In this document: one piece after another, positions 17,488-26,558 of the stretch
How the letters are laid out: every line of letters starts with the position of its first letter
Numbering within the stretch: the stretch's first letter is position 1
Assembly: GCA_965220745.1 (NCBI GenBank)
Contig: CBDCQT010000003.1
Location: 32,001 to 96,000, forward strand
DNA: 64,000 bases
Source of the DNA: Alphaproteobacteria bacterium
GTDB taxonomy: Bacteria > Pseudomonadota > Alphaproteobacteria > UBA828
Direction of reading: 5' to 3'
The notes under the pieces: model-generated
Databases searched by the model: none
Told to the model about the DNA's origin: nothing
The model's input: the letters and a program-made list of their open reading frames with translations, nothing else
Program-made: the position numbers and the translations under genes

Positions 17488-19893
17488 ATGGCTTGGATGA
17501 GACTGACGGGATATGCGGACAAGTTCGGCGTCCATCCCGGCGACACGATCCGCTTCTATGTGAATTGCGACGGGCCGAAGTCCTACGACGCCCAGCTCGT
17601 GAAGATGATCAACGGCGACACCAACCCGCGCGGGCCGGGCCTGATCGAGCGCAAGAGGCGGGCGTCGCTCAACGGCAGCTACAAGGGCCGCCGTCAGGTC
17701 ATCCACAGCGGCTCCTACGGCTGCGTGGAGGACAATTCGCAGCTCCGCGTGCAGAGCTTCACGCTGCAATGCTGGGTCTGGCCAACGACGCCGAAAACTC
17801 ATCCCAAGTACTGGAAGCACGGCGCCCAGGGCCTGGTCACCAAGTGGCACAGGAACAAGGGCTACGGCCTCTTCATCAACGAGGACGGCTGCGCCGAGCT
17901 CCGCATCAACGGCAAGAAGGTCACGACCGGCGCGCCGCTGCGCGACCATGCCTGGCACTTCCTCGCCGCGACCTACAACGCCGAGACCGGTCAGGCGATC
18001 CTCTATCACGAGCCGCAGGTGGTCTACGCCCTCGACCCGGTGATCAGGCCCGCGAAGGAAAAGATCGAAGGGCCGGTCAGGCATGACGCGAGCCCGGCGG
18101 TGATCGCCGGCTACACCGGCGCACACAGCAACGATCCTACGGCGCAGTCGTCGGTGCCGGCGGGCATCATCATCAACGGCCACTACAACGGGAAGATCGA
18201 CGGCCCCCGGATCTGCAATCGCGCGCTAAGCCGGGAAGAGATCGAGACCATGAAGCTCGGCGCCCAGCGCGGCATGACCGAGCGGCGCAACTCCGGCCCC
18301 ACCGGCGCGCTCTCCGAGACCATCGTCGCCGCCTGGGACTTCTCCGACGGCATCAACACCATCGTCGGCAAGGACCACGGGCCGTACTTGCTCGATGCGC
18401 AGATCGTCAACTGCCCAACCCGCGCCATGACCGGCCACAACTTCTCGGGCAACAACTTCGACTGGAAGCATGCGCCGCAAGAGTATGGCGCAATCCACTT
18501 CCATGACGACGACGTGGACGATGCACGCTGGGAGGTCGACTTCGAGTGGACCGTGCCGGCGAACTACGAGAGTGATTCCTATTGCGTCAAGCTCACCACG
18601 GACGAGGGCGACGAGGACTACATCCCCTTCTTCGTCGTGCCGCGCCCAGGCGAGGAGCAGGCCAAGATCGCGGTGATGATGCCGACGATCAGCTACATGG
18701 CCTACGCCAACGAGCATCTCGCCAACAACGCCGGCGGTGCGGAGCTGCTGGTCTATCGCGTGCCGATCATGCAGCACCAGAACATGTTCCTGGCCGAGCA
18801 CCGCGAGTACGGCGGCTCGATCTACGACACCCACACGGACGGCAGCGGCCTCTGCCTCTCGTCGAGGCTCAGGCCGATCCTCAGCATCCGGCCGCAGTAC
18901 GATCACTTCCTGATGCAGGCGCCCTGGCAATACCCGGCCGACCTGCATCTGATCTATTGGCTCAACCAGCTGGGCTACAAGTACGACGTCATCACCGACG
19001 AGGATGTGAACTACGACGGCCTCGCGCGGCTGGAAAACTACAACGTCGTGATCACGGGCTCGCATCCGGAGCACAACTCCGGGCCGCAGCTCGACGCGAT
19101 CCACGACTACACCCAGCGCGGCGGCCGCTTCATGTACATGGGCGCGGACGGCTTCTACTGGATCCATTCCTACCATCCGGCCTACGACCATCTCGGGCGC
19201 GGCATCATCACCGAGATGCGCCGATGCGAATCCGGCATCCGGACCTGGCGGGCGGACCCCGGCGAGTACTATCACCAGTCCACCGGCGAGCTCGGCGGCA
19301 TGTGGCGCTATCGTGGGCGCTACCTGCACTCGATCGCCGGCACCGGCATGTCGTCCGAAGGCTTCGATATTTCGAGCTACTACTCGCGCACGCCGGAGAG
19401 TAACGATCCGCGCGTCTCGTGGGCCTACGAGGGTATCGACTACGACGAGAAGATCGGCAACTTCGGCCTAGTCGGCGGCGGTGCCGCCGGCACGGAGCTC
19501 GACATCGTCGACACCCTGCTCGGCTCGCCGCCGCACACGCTGATCACCGCGACCTCGGCGGGCCGCCATACCGAGGGCTATCTGCTGGTGATGGAGGACT
19601 TCGGCTTCAACCAGCAGGGCCTCGACGGCACCCAGCACCCGCGCGTGCGCTCGGACATCGCCTATCACGAAACGCCCAACGGCGGCGCGTGCTTCGCGTT
19701 CAGCTCGATCGCGTTCTGCGGGTCGCTACCGTGGAACAACGGCGATCCCGAGAAGAACAACATCTCGCGGCTGGTGAAGAACGTGCTCGACCGCTTCTCG
19801 CAGGACGGCCCGCTACCGCCGCCGCCGCGCAGCGCGATCAAGCATCGCGGCCGCGCCGATTACGACCCGCCGCTCAACAAGAAGCGGAAGTAG
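17488..19893 (+). CDS. N,N-dimethylformamidase large subunit family amidohydrolase
   Basis: LamG-like N-terminal region (SFTLQCWVWP, WHFLAATY, YNGKIDGP), EYGAIHFHDDD, SYMAYANEH, SIYDTHTDG, SSRLRP, TGSHPE, GGGAAGTELD. Confidence 0.88.
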   Translation: MAWMRLTGYADKFGVHPGDTIRFYVNCDGPKSYDAQLVKMINGDTNPRGPGLIERKRRASLNGSYKGRRQVIHSGSYGCVEDNSQLRVQSFTLQCWVWPTTPKTHPKYWKHGAQGLVTKWHRNKGYGLFINEDGCAELRINGKKVTTGAPLRDHAWHFLAATYNAETGQAILYHEPQVVYALDPVIRPAKEKIEGPVRHDASPAVIAGYTGAHSNDPTAQSSVPAGIIINGHYNGKIDGPRICNRALSREEIETMKLGAQRGMTERRNSGPTGALSETIVAAWDFSDGINTIVGKDHGPYLLDAQIVNCPTRAMTGHNFSGNNFDWKHAPQEYGAIHFHDDDVDDARWEVDFEWTVPANYESDSYCVKLTTDEGDEDYIPFFVVPRPGEEQAKIAVMMPTISYMAYANEHLANNAGGAELLVYRVPIMQHQNMFLAEHREYGGSIYDTHTDGSGLCLSSRLRPILSIRPQYDHFLMQAPWQYPADLHLIYWLNQLGYKYDVITDEDVNYDGLARLENYNVVITGSHPEHNSGPQLDAIHDYTQRGGRFMYMGADGFYWIHSYHPAYDHLGRGIITEMRRCESGIRTWRADPGEYYHQSTGELGGMWRYRGRYLHSIAGTGMSSEGFDISSYYSRTPESNDPRVSWAYEGIDYDEKIGNFGLVGGGAAGTELDIVDTLLGSPPHTLITATSAGRHTEGYLLVMEDFGFNQQGLDGTQHPRVRSDIAYHETPNGGACFAFSSIAFCGSLPWNNGDPEKNNISRLVKNVLDRFSQDGPLPPPPRSAIKHRGRADYDPPLNKKRK

Positions 19894-19910
19894 GGGGTCG
19901 CCGCAGGCAC

Positions 19911-19941
19911 GGACGGGGCGGGTGGTGCACCCGCCCCATCC
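19911..19941 (+). terminator. Hairpin between the DMFase-like large subunit and Rieske-like genes
   Basis: GGACGGGGCGGGTG-gtg-CACCCGCCCCATCC; no U-tract. Confidence 0.4.
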
Positions 19942-19965
19942 CAGCGCGGCCGAGGGTCTGGCCCG

Positions 19966-21084
19966 ATGACGATGCGGCCCGATCTCGACTACGTGGACGA
20001 GGGCGTCGATCTTCAGGATCCCGCTCTCTACAAGCCGTCGCGCGGGCGTTTCGGCAAGGCGAGCATCCTCACGCCCATCGCCTACCGCTCCAAGGTCTTC
20101 GCCGACCTGGAGGACGAGAAGATCTGGACCCGGAGCTGGGTCTGCATCGGCGCGCAGCGCGATATTCCCAACGTCGGCGACCTGCTGCCCTATACGGTGG
20201 GCAACCACGGCGTTCACGTGCAGCGCGGCGATGATGGGCTGGTCGGGCGCTACAATCTGGCGCAGCACGGCGGCTGCCGCTTCGTGCCGGCGCAGTGCCA
20301 GACCGGCTCCAAGACCAGGTGCTCGTTCACCTCATGCGGCTACAGCCGCGATCGCGGGGTGATCGCCGCTGACGAGCTCGGCGACAACACGCCGACGATG
20401 CGCCAGTATCTCGGCTACCGGCCCGAGCGCCTGCTGCCGGTATCGGTGGAGAGCGAGGGGCCGCTCCTTTTCGTCAATCTCGATCCCGAGGCCGCACCGC
20501 TCGCCGAGCGATTCGATGGCGTGGCCGAGGCGCTCGATCTCGACGCCGCTGCGGACTGGGAGACTGCCGGGAGCTTCCGGGTCGAGTACGAAGCGAACTG
20601 GAAGCTGCTCGGCCGCGCGCTGCTCCGTTCGCTTGCGCCCGAGGCCAAGGCCGTGAAGAAGAGTGGCGACGCCATCGCGCTCAAGGCGGGCATCGATTAT
20701 TCCGACGCGCCGGCGACGGTCTTCTGGCTCTTGCCGAACCTGATCCTGCTGCGCGCCGAAGACCTCTTGGTGAGCATTGTGCTGCAGCCTACCGCGCTGG
20801 AGGAGACATTGGCCCGCGTCAGGATCAGCGCGGCACGGCCGATCGAGGCCGCGAGTGTCGAGACGTTGCGTGTGGCCCTCGACGAGGCCGGTGGCGAGGC
20901 GGCGACCCAGCAGGAGGAGCTGGCGCGGTTCGGGACGCCTTCCCGGCCGCAGACGCGTCTCGACGCGCTCCCGCTCGAAGAGGACCGCGCCGCCCACCTG
21001 CTCCAGGCCTACGTGATCGGGCGGCTGCTGAAGCGCCACGAGGTTCACCAGGCGGGCCCGCTCTACGTCGCCGCCGTGCGCTGA
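19966..21084 (+). CDS. Ring-hydroxylating (Rieske) oxygenase alpha-subunit-like protein with non-canonical metal ligands
   Basis: Family landmarks E.EKIW.RSWVCIG...IP..GD, LLPV.VE..GPLLFVNLDP, ANWKL, W.LPNL are present. The Rieske segment reads NLAQHGGCRFVPAQCQTGSKTRCSFTSCGY. Confidence 0.75.
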   Translation: MTMRPDLDYVDEGVDLQDPALYKPSRGRFGKASILTPIAYRSKVFADLEDEKIWTRSWVCIGAQRDIPNVGDLLPYTVGNHGVHVQRGDDGLVGRYNLAQHGGCRFVPAQCQTGSKTRCSFTSCGYSRDRGVIAADELGDNTPTMRQYLGYRPERLLPVSVESEGPLLFVNLDPEAAPLAERFDGVAEALDLDAAADWETAGSFRVEYEANWKLLGRALLRSLAPEAKAVKKSGDAIALKAGIDYSDAPATVFWLLPNLILLRAEDLLVSIVLQPTALEETLARVRISAARPIEAASVETLRVALDEAGGEAATQQEELARFGTPSRPQTRLDALPLEEDRAAHLLQAYVIGRLLKRHEVHQAGPLYVAAVR

Positions 21085-21389
21085 TGGTCTTCAGCGTCCA
21101 GCAGATCAAGTACGAGATCCTCGCCTACATCAAGGAGTGCGGCGGGGAGTTCGGCGACTACTACGTCGGGATCGCGGCGGACCCGAAGAAGACCCTCTTC
21201 GACGTCCACAAGGTGGACAAGGACGCCGACCCCTGGCTCTACAAGCAGGCGCTCACCTTCTACGCGGCGCAGACGGTTCAGGACTACTTCCTGCGCAGGC
21301 TGAAGGCCGACGGCGAGCCGGTGTACGACGGCGACGAAGATACGGACTGCGTCTATGTCTACAAGAAGAGCGAGCGGACCGTCCCGTAA
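21084..21389 (+). CDS. Hypothetical protein (101 aa)
   Basis: TGATG stop/start coupling with the upstream gene; strong GC3 codon bias; YYVGI...H and VYVYKK. Confidence 0.8.
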   Translation: MVFSVQQIKYEILAYIKECGGEFGDYYVGIAADPKKTLFDVHKVDKDADPWLYKQALTFYAAQTVQDYFLRRLKADGEPVYDGDEDTDCVYVYKKSERTVP

Positions 21390-22116
21390 GGCGCGACGCC
21401 CGGCGAAGTCCCGAGATGACGGAACGCGGGCGGCGCGGGCGCGCCAGGAGGACGCCGCCATCGAGGAGGGGCGGCGCGCCTACATGGCCCGCGACTTCGA
21501 GCGGGCGCGGGCGCTCTGGCTGCCGCTGGCCGAGGCCGGCAATGCCGAGGCGCAGGCCTGGGTCGGCTCGCTCTACGCCAACGGCGACGGCGTCGAGGCC
21601 GACGCGGCGGCGGCGTTCGCCTGGTACCTCAAGTCGGCCGAGGGCGGGAACGTGCTGGCCCAGAGCAACGTCGGCGCGATGTACGCCATGGGCAGCGGCG
21701 TCGCCCAGGACATGGCGGAGGCGGTGCGCTGGCTGCGGCGTGCGGCCCGCGGCGGCGATGCCAACGCCCGCTTCAATCTTGGCGTGCTCTACAGCCAGGG
21801 CAACGGCGTGCCGCAGAACCACGCCCGCGCCGCCGAGTGGTACCGCAAGGCGGCGGAGACGGGGCACTACCAGTCCCAGGCGCGTCTCGGCCACATGTAC
21901 CTGGCGGGCGAGGGCGTGAAGAGGGACCGCGTTCAGGCCTTCCTGTGGCTCTCGCTTGCCGCCCGGCACGGCATCGGCTCCGCCCTCACCGCCCTGGAAG
22001 CGGTGGTCAAGGAGATGTCGTCGGACGAGAAGGCGCAAGGCATGCGCCTCGTCGCCCAGTGGCGCGGCAAGGCCGATAGTGACGCCGACGTGCTCATCGA
22101 CCCGGTGCCCGTATAA
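21355..22116 (+). CDS. Sel1-like repeat protein
   Basis: Four Sel1 repeats (e.g. ARFNLGVLYSQGNGVPQNHARAAEWYRKAAETG); start uncertain. Confidence 0.88.
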   Translation: MSTRRASGPSRKARRPAKSRDDGTRAARARQEDAAIEEGRRAYMARDFERARALWLPLAEAGNAEAQAWVGSLYANGDGVEADAAAAFAWYLKSAEGGNVLAQSNVGAMYAMGSGVAQDMAEAVRWLRRAARGGDANARFNLGVLYSQGNGVPQNHARAAEWYRKAAETGHYQSQARLGHMYLAGEGVKRDRVQAFLWLSLAARHGIGSALTALEAVVKEMSSDEKAQGMRLVAQWRGKADSDADVLIDPVPV

Positions 22117-22126
22117 GGCGGTATTC

Positions 22127-22615
22127 TCACCCGGTCGGTGCCGGGGGCGCGCAGGCGAAGCGGTCGATCACCCCTGTCTTGTCGTTCACCTTGATCTCGA
22201 AGGACGCCTCGGTGAGCTCGCTCCAGAGGTCCGACTCCTCGGTCGGGCAGGCGTTGTGCAGCCCGATCTCGCCGGGACGCGCGGCTTCGCCGTGGCGTGC
22301 CGAGCGGATGCCGGGGGAGAAGTAGACCTCCACCTCGACCACGCCCGTAGCGGCCCGCACGGTGTCGCCGACCTCCCAGCCGGCCGGCAGATCGTGGGAG
22401 CGGTAATAGCTCTTGATCCGGCGCACGGAGTCTTCGGGATCGACGGTCTCTTCGGCCCCAGGTGCTGCGGCGTGTTGCTCCGCTCCGGTATTGCCGCGGC
22501 GCAACTGCTGCCCGGTCTCGTAGACGATCACAAACAGCAGAAGTATCCCGACGATGATGCCGTAGCGAAGCCATCGCCGCTTCGATGGCACTCCGGTCTT
22601 GCGGCGTCGCGCCAC
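22127..22615 (-). CDS. Hypothetical membrane-anchored protein
   Basis: Basic N-terminus, TM helix YGIIVGILLLFVIVY, soluble domain with two Cys. Confidence 0.6.
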   Translation of the reverse strand: MARRRKTGVPSKRRWLRYGIIVGILLLFVIVYETGQQLRRGNTGAEQHAAAPGAEETVDPEDSVRRIKSYYRSHDLPAGWEVGDTVRAATGVVEVEVYFSPGIRSARHGEAARPGEIGLHNACPTEESDLWSELTEASFEIKVNDKTGVIDRFACAPPAPTG

Positions 22616-22691
22616 GATGTTTCCGTCGCTTTCGAGTAAGATCGCCGTCTCTCAGGCGCAGGATACCGATCGCGGTCAAGGGAGTGAAACG

Positions 22692-22967
22692 ATGCCGATC
22701 CCGCGGAACATTCAGGAGGAGCTGGAGAAGAGGGACGAGCTGATCCTGGCTCTGGAAATGATGGTCGTCGATCAGGCCTGCCGCCTGCTCGCCGCGGAGG
22801 CGGTGCTGCGCGAGCTCGTCCCGGCCAAGCGGAAGCCCTCGCAGGAGAAGATCGAGGCCCACATCGCCGAGGCCGCCGAGCGCTTCCGCCAGCGCTTCGA
22901 GGGCGAAAGCGTCGCGGGGTTCACCGATCGCGCAAAGCGCATTGCAGCCGAATTGGTCGGGCGATAG
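22692..22967 (+). CDS. Hypothetical helical protein (91 aa)
   Basis: AAGGGAG RBS before ATG 22692; host-like codon usage. Confidence 0.65.
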   Translation: MPIPRNIQEELEKRDELILALEMMVVDQACRLLAAEAVLRELVPAKRKPSQEKIEAHIAEAAERFRQRFEGESVAGFTDRAKRIAAELVGR

Positions 22968-23000
22968 CGCCCACGACCTCGTTCTGGCGCTGGCGAGACC

Positions 23001-23633
23001 GTGACGGACGGCGACGCGCGCCAGACGTATCGGCGCATCGCGCGCTTCTACGACTTTCTCGATGGGTCGTTCGAGCGCAAGCGCTATGCACCGATCCGGG
23101 GCACGCTGTTCGCCGGGCTCACGGGGCGGATTTTGGATGCCGGCGTCGGGACCGGCCGCAACATCCCCTACTATCCGACGGACGCGGAGGTCATCGGGGT
23201 CGATCTCTCGCAGGCGATGCTCGCGCAGGCCCGCGCCCGGCGCGATGCGCTGGGCAGCGACGCGCCGCTCGCGGCAATGGATGTGCTCAGGACCGGATTC
23301 GCCGACTCAAGCTTCGACGGTATCGTCGCGAGCTTCGTTTTCTGCGTTCTCAGGCCCGATCAGCAGCAGGCGGCGCTCGAAGAGCTCGGGCGCATCGTGA
23401 GGCCCGACGGCGAAATTCGCCTGCTCGACTACACGTGGTCCAAGCAGCCAAGGCGGCGGCTCATCATGCGCTTGTGGGCGCCCTGGGTGCGCTGGGCCTA
23501 CGGCGCGGGCTTCGACCGCGAGCCGCACCGCCATGTCGAGCCCGCCGGTCTCGTGCTCACTGAGGACCGCTTCCTGATCGACGACGTCGTGAGGTACCTG
23601 GTGGCGCGAAAACCGCTCAGTTCTGTTGGTTGA
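23001..23633 (+). CDS. Class I SAM-dependent methyltransferase
   Basis: ILDAGVGTG, GVDLS..ML, SFD..V..FVFC. Confidence 0.88.
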   Translation: MTDGDARQTYRRIARFYDFLDGSFERKRYAPIRGTLFAGLTGRILDAGVGTGRNIPYYPTDAEVIGVDLSQAMLAQARARRDALGSDAPLAAMDVLRTGFADSSFDGIVASFVFCVLRPDQQQAALEELGRIVRPDGEIRLLDYTWSKQPRRRLIMRLWAPWVRWAYGAGFDREPHRHVEPAGLVLTEDRFLIDDVVRYLVARKPLSSVG

Positions 23634-25521
23634 ACAGGGCCGACAGCGTGCCCTGGTTGACCGAGATATCGTGCCGGCCGTAAAGCGACGCCCGGTAGAC
23701 ATCCGTAAGGTCCCCGCGCCATGCGCGCGAAAGCTGGTCGCGCAGCCGGTCGCGTTCCTCTCCGGTCGCGCCCCGGCCTGCGTCGGAGACCTGGGTGAGC
23801 ATCGCGACGGCCCACCCGTCGGCGGTCGGCGCCACGATCGGCTCCCGGCTGCCCTCGTCGCTCTCGAACAGGCCCTGGATCAACGCGAACGAGGTCTCCG
23901 GCGCCGCACCTTGCCCATCGCGCCGCACGTTCTCCAGCATGGTCACTCTGAAACCCGCGTCGCGGGCGGCCGCATCGAGGTCCTCGCCGGCCCGGACCCG
24001 GTCGGCTAGGGTATTCGCCACCCGCTCGGCGGCCCCTTGCTCCTCCGCGCGCACCAGCGCCGAACGCACCTGGCTCCGCACTTCCTCCAGGGGGCGCGGC
24101 GCTGGCTCGACCACCTCGTCCACCCGCAGGATGACGAAGCTGCCATCGCCGAGTTCGGTCTGGAGCGATTCGCTCCCCTCCGTCGTCTCGTAGATGAGCG
24201 TCAGAATGTCGTCTCGCTCGGCCAGCTCGACGAGCACCGGGGAGCCGCCCCGGTCGAGCCCGGTCCGGGTGATACCGTTGACGACGATCGGCTCGACGCC
24301 GACCGCGGCCGCGCCCATCTCCAGGGAGGCGCCGCCGCCGAGCTCGTCCTCCAGCACGGTGGAGAGGCGGAAGAGCCCCGCGCCCGCAAGGTCGAGCGCC
24401 ATCTCGTCGTGCAGCTCCTGCTTCACCTCCTCGAAGCTCTGGCGCCGCGCCGGCTCCACCTTCTCGACCTTGAAGAGATGCCAGCCGAACGGGGTTTGCA
24501 CCGGTTCGCTGACCGAGCCCTCGGAGAGGCGGAAGACCGCCTCGCTCGCGCTCCTGAGCGGGCCATCGGGCTCGAAATTGGGGATGGTCAGCACGCTCGC
24601 CCCGCGGCGGTCGAGGTCGTCAGCGACAGTGTCGAAATCCTCGCCTTCCGCCAGCCTCTGAGTGGCTTCCCGAATCAGCGCCTCGTCCTGGGCGTTGATC
24701 TGGATGACCGCGCGCCGTTCCGGCAACTCGAACTCGTCGATCCGGGCCTCGTATTCGGCGTAGACGTCTTCGTCGCTCAGCTCGATCTCCGCGACCATGG
24801 CTTGGGGCGTGAGATGCACGATCACCGCGCTGCGCCGCTCGGGCGCCATGAAGGATGTCGCATTCTCCTCGTAATAGGCCTGGATGTCGGCCTCGCTCGG
24901 CTCCGCGAGGCCGCCGATGCCGCGCGCGGGGATCAGGGCGAGCCGGGCGCTCCGCTCCTCCGCCCGGTAGCGGTGAAGGGCTTCGGTCATTGCTTCCGGC
25001 ACGTTGCGGTCACCGCCGACGGAGGTGAGGATCTGATCGCGGAGGAGGTCGATGCGAATCAGGTCCTCGTACTCGGTCCGGGTCATGTTGTTGCGTTCGA
25101 GGACGAGATCGTAAAGCTCGGGATCGAACCTGCCCTGCTCGTTGGAGAACGCCGGCGAGGCTTCGAGCTCCTGCCTGACGCTGAAGTCCGCCGCGCTCAG
25201 CCCGAGCTTGGATGCCTCGGCGTCCAGCAGGTACTCGCGGACGAGGAGGTTGAGCACCTGGCCCGTGAGCCCGGCCTGGTGGGCCTCGTCGCGGGTCAGA
25301 TCGGGGCGGCCGGAGCGGTCCCGTTCGCGCTGCAGGGCGCGCTGAAACTGGCGATCGAAGAGGACCGTGGGAACGTCGACGTCGCCCACCGTCGCCACCG
25401 CTGAGCGGCTGCCGCCGGTAAACACGTCATTGATGCCCCAGGCCCCGAAGCTCAAGGCCAGGACGATGATGACGGCGCGGCTCGCCCAAGACTTGGTGGC
25501 CTGGCGCATGGATTGCAGCAT
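23617..25521 (-). CDS. ppiD: Periplasmic chaperone PpiD (SurA N-domain + parvulin)
   Basis: N-terminal anchor LALSFGAWGI, SEPVQTPFGWHLF; divergent from tpiA; start ATG 25521. Confidence 0.85.
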   Translation of the reverse strand: MLQSMRQATKSWASRAVIIVLALSFGAWGINDVFTGGSRSAVATVGDVDVPTVLFDRQFQRALQRERDRSGRPDLTRDEAHQAGLTGQVLNLLVREYLLDAEASKLGLSAADFSVRQELEASPAFSNEQGRFDPELYDLVLERNNMTRTEYEDLIRIDLLRDQILTSVGGDRNVPEAMTEALHRYRAEERSARLALIPARGIGGLAEPSEADIQAYYEENATSFMAPERRSAVIVHLTPQAMVAEIELSDEDVYAEYEARIDEFELPERRAVIQINAQDEALIREATQRLAEGEDFDTVADDLDRRGASVLTIPNFEPDGPLRSASEAVFRLSEGSVSEPVQTPFGWHLFKVEKVEPARRQSFEEVKQELHDEMALDLAGAGLFRLSTVLEDELGGGASLEMGAAAVGVEPIVVNGITRTGLDRGGSPVLVELAERDDILTLIYETTEGSESLQTELGDGSFVILRVDEVVEPAPRPLEEVRSQVRSALVRAEEQGAAERVANTLADRVRAGEDLDAAARDAGFRVTMLENVRRDGQGAAPETSFALIQGLFESDEGSREPIVAPTADGWAVAMLTQVSDAGRGATGEERDRLRDQLSRAWRGDLTDVYRASLYGRHDISVNQGTLSALFNQQN

Positions 25522-25774
25522 TGCGGGACCCGTCGGCTGGTGGCGGCGCACCCGAGCCAGCGCGGGGCGCGCGTTGCGCCGGATAATAGGAGCGCCTGTG
25601 CGCACCGGGCAACACGCAACCTGTCGTTCCGTTCACGATCTCGCTATTCCACCGTCCTGCCCGGTGCGCCTAGCCCATCCTCGCGGGCCGTGTTAGAGCA
25701 GGGTGGTCCCGCCCGCCGCCTGCACTTATGTACAGGTGAAGAGGCGCAAACACCCACAACCGCAGCCCGCCCTC

Positions 25775-26527
25775 ATGCCGCCCCGACCGCTCTTCGTGGC
25801 CAACTGGAAGATGAACGGCCTCCATGCCGATGGTCTCGTGCGCGCTAGCGCGCTCGCCGGCCACGCGGCGGGCGGTGATTGCGGCGGCGATATCGTGGTT
25901 TGCCCGCCGGCCACGCTGCTTTTCGCGCTGAGGGCCGTGTTCGCGGGCTCGCAGATCGAGCTCGGCGGGCAGGATTGCCACGCCACGCCGGAGGGCGCGC
26001 ACACCGGCGACGTGAGCGCGCCGATGCTCGCCGATGCCGGCTGCGCCTACGTCATCGCCGGCCATTCGGAGCGCCGCGCCGGCCACGGCGAAGCGGACGA
26101 GACGGTGGCGGGCAAGGCGGCAGCGGCCCATGCGGCAGGGCTCACCACCATCGTCTGCGTCGGCGAGAGCGCGGTCGACCGCGACGACGGGCGGGCGCTC
26201 GCGGTGATCGGCCGCCAGGTCGAGCGCTCGCTGCCCGACGGTTCGACGACCGACAACACCGCGATCGCCTACGAGCCGGTCTGGGCTATCGGCACCGGCC
26301 GCACGCCGGCCCCGGCTGATATCGAGGCGGCGCACACGGAAGTGCGGGCCGGCTGGGAGAGGCGATTTTCAGGGAGCGGCGCGGCGCTCCGCGTGCTATA
26401 TGGCGGCTCCGTCACGGCGCGGAACGCGGGGGAAATCATGGCCGCGCCGGGTGTCGACGGTGTTCTGGTCGGCGGTGCCAGTCTCTCTGCGGACACGTTC
26501 TGGCAAATTTGCCAGGCGTGCCGCTGA
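25775..26527 (+). CDS. tpiA: Triosephosphate isomerase
   Basis: ANWKMN, GHSERR, AYEPVWAIGTG, LYGGSV, LVGGASL. Confidence 0.97.
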   Translation: MPPRPLFVANWKMNGLHADGLVRASALAGHAAGGDCGGDIVVCPPATLLFALRAVFAGSQIELGGQDCHATPEGAHTGDVSAPMLADAGCAYVIAGHSERRAGHGEADETVAGKAAAAHAAGLTTIVCVGESAVDRDDGRALAVIGRQVERSLPDGSTTDNTAIAYEPVWAIGTGRTPAPADIEAAHTEVRAGWERRFSGSGAALRVLYGGSVTARNAGEIMAAPGVDGVLVGGASLSADTFWQICQACR

Positions 26528-26558
26528 ATCCGTCCGGAAGTAGCGGCGAGGAGCGGCA

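Noticed and set aside
19966-21084. Calling it a functional aromatic dioxygenase or choline monooxygenase
   Set aside because: It lacks the canonical Rieske and mononuclear-iron ligands, and no reductase or ferredoxin is adjacent.
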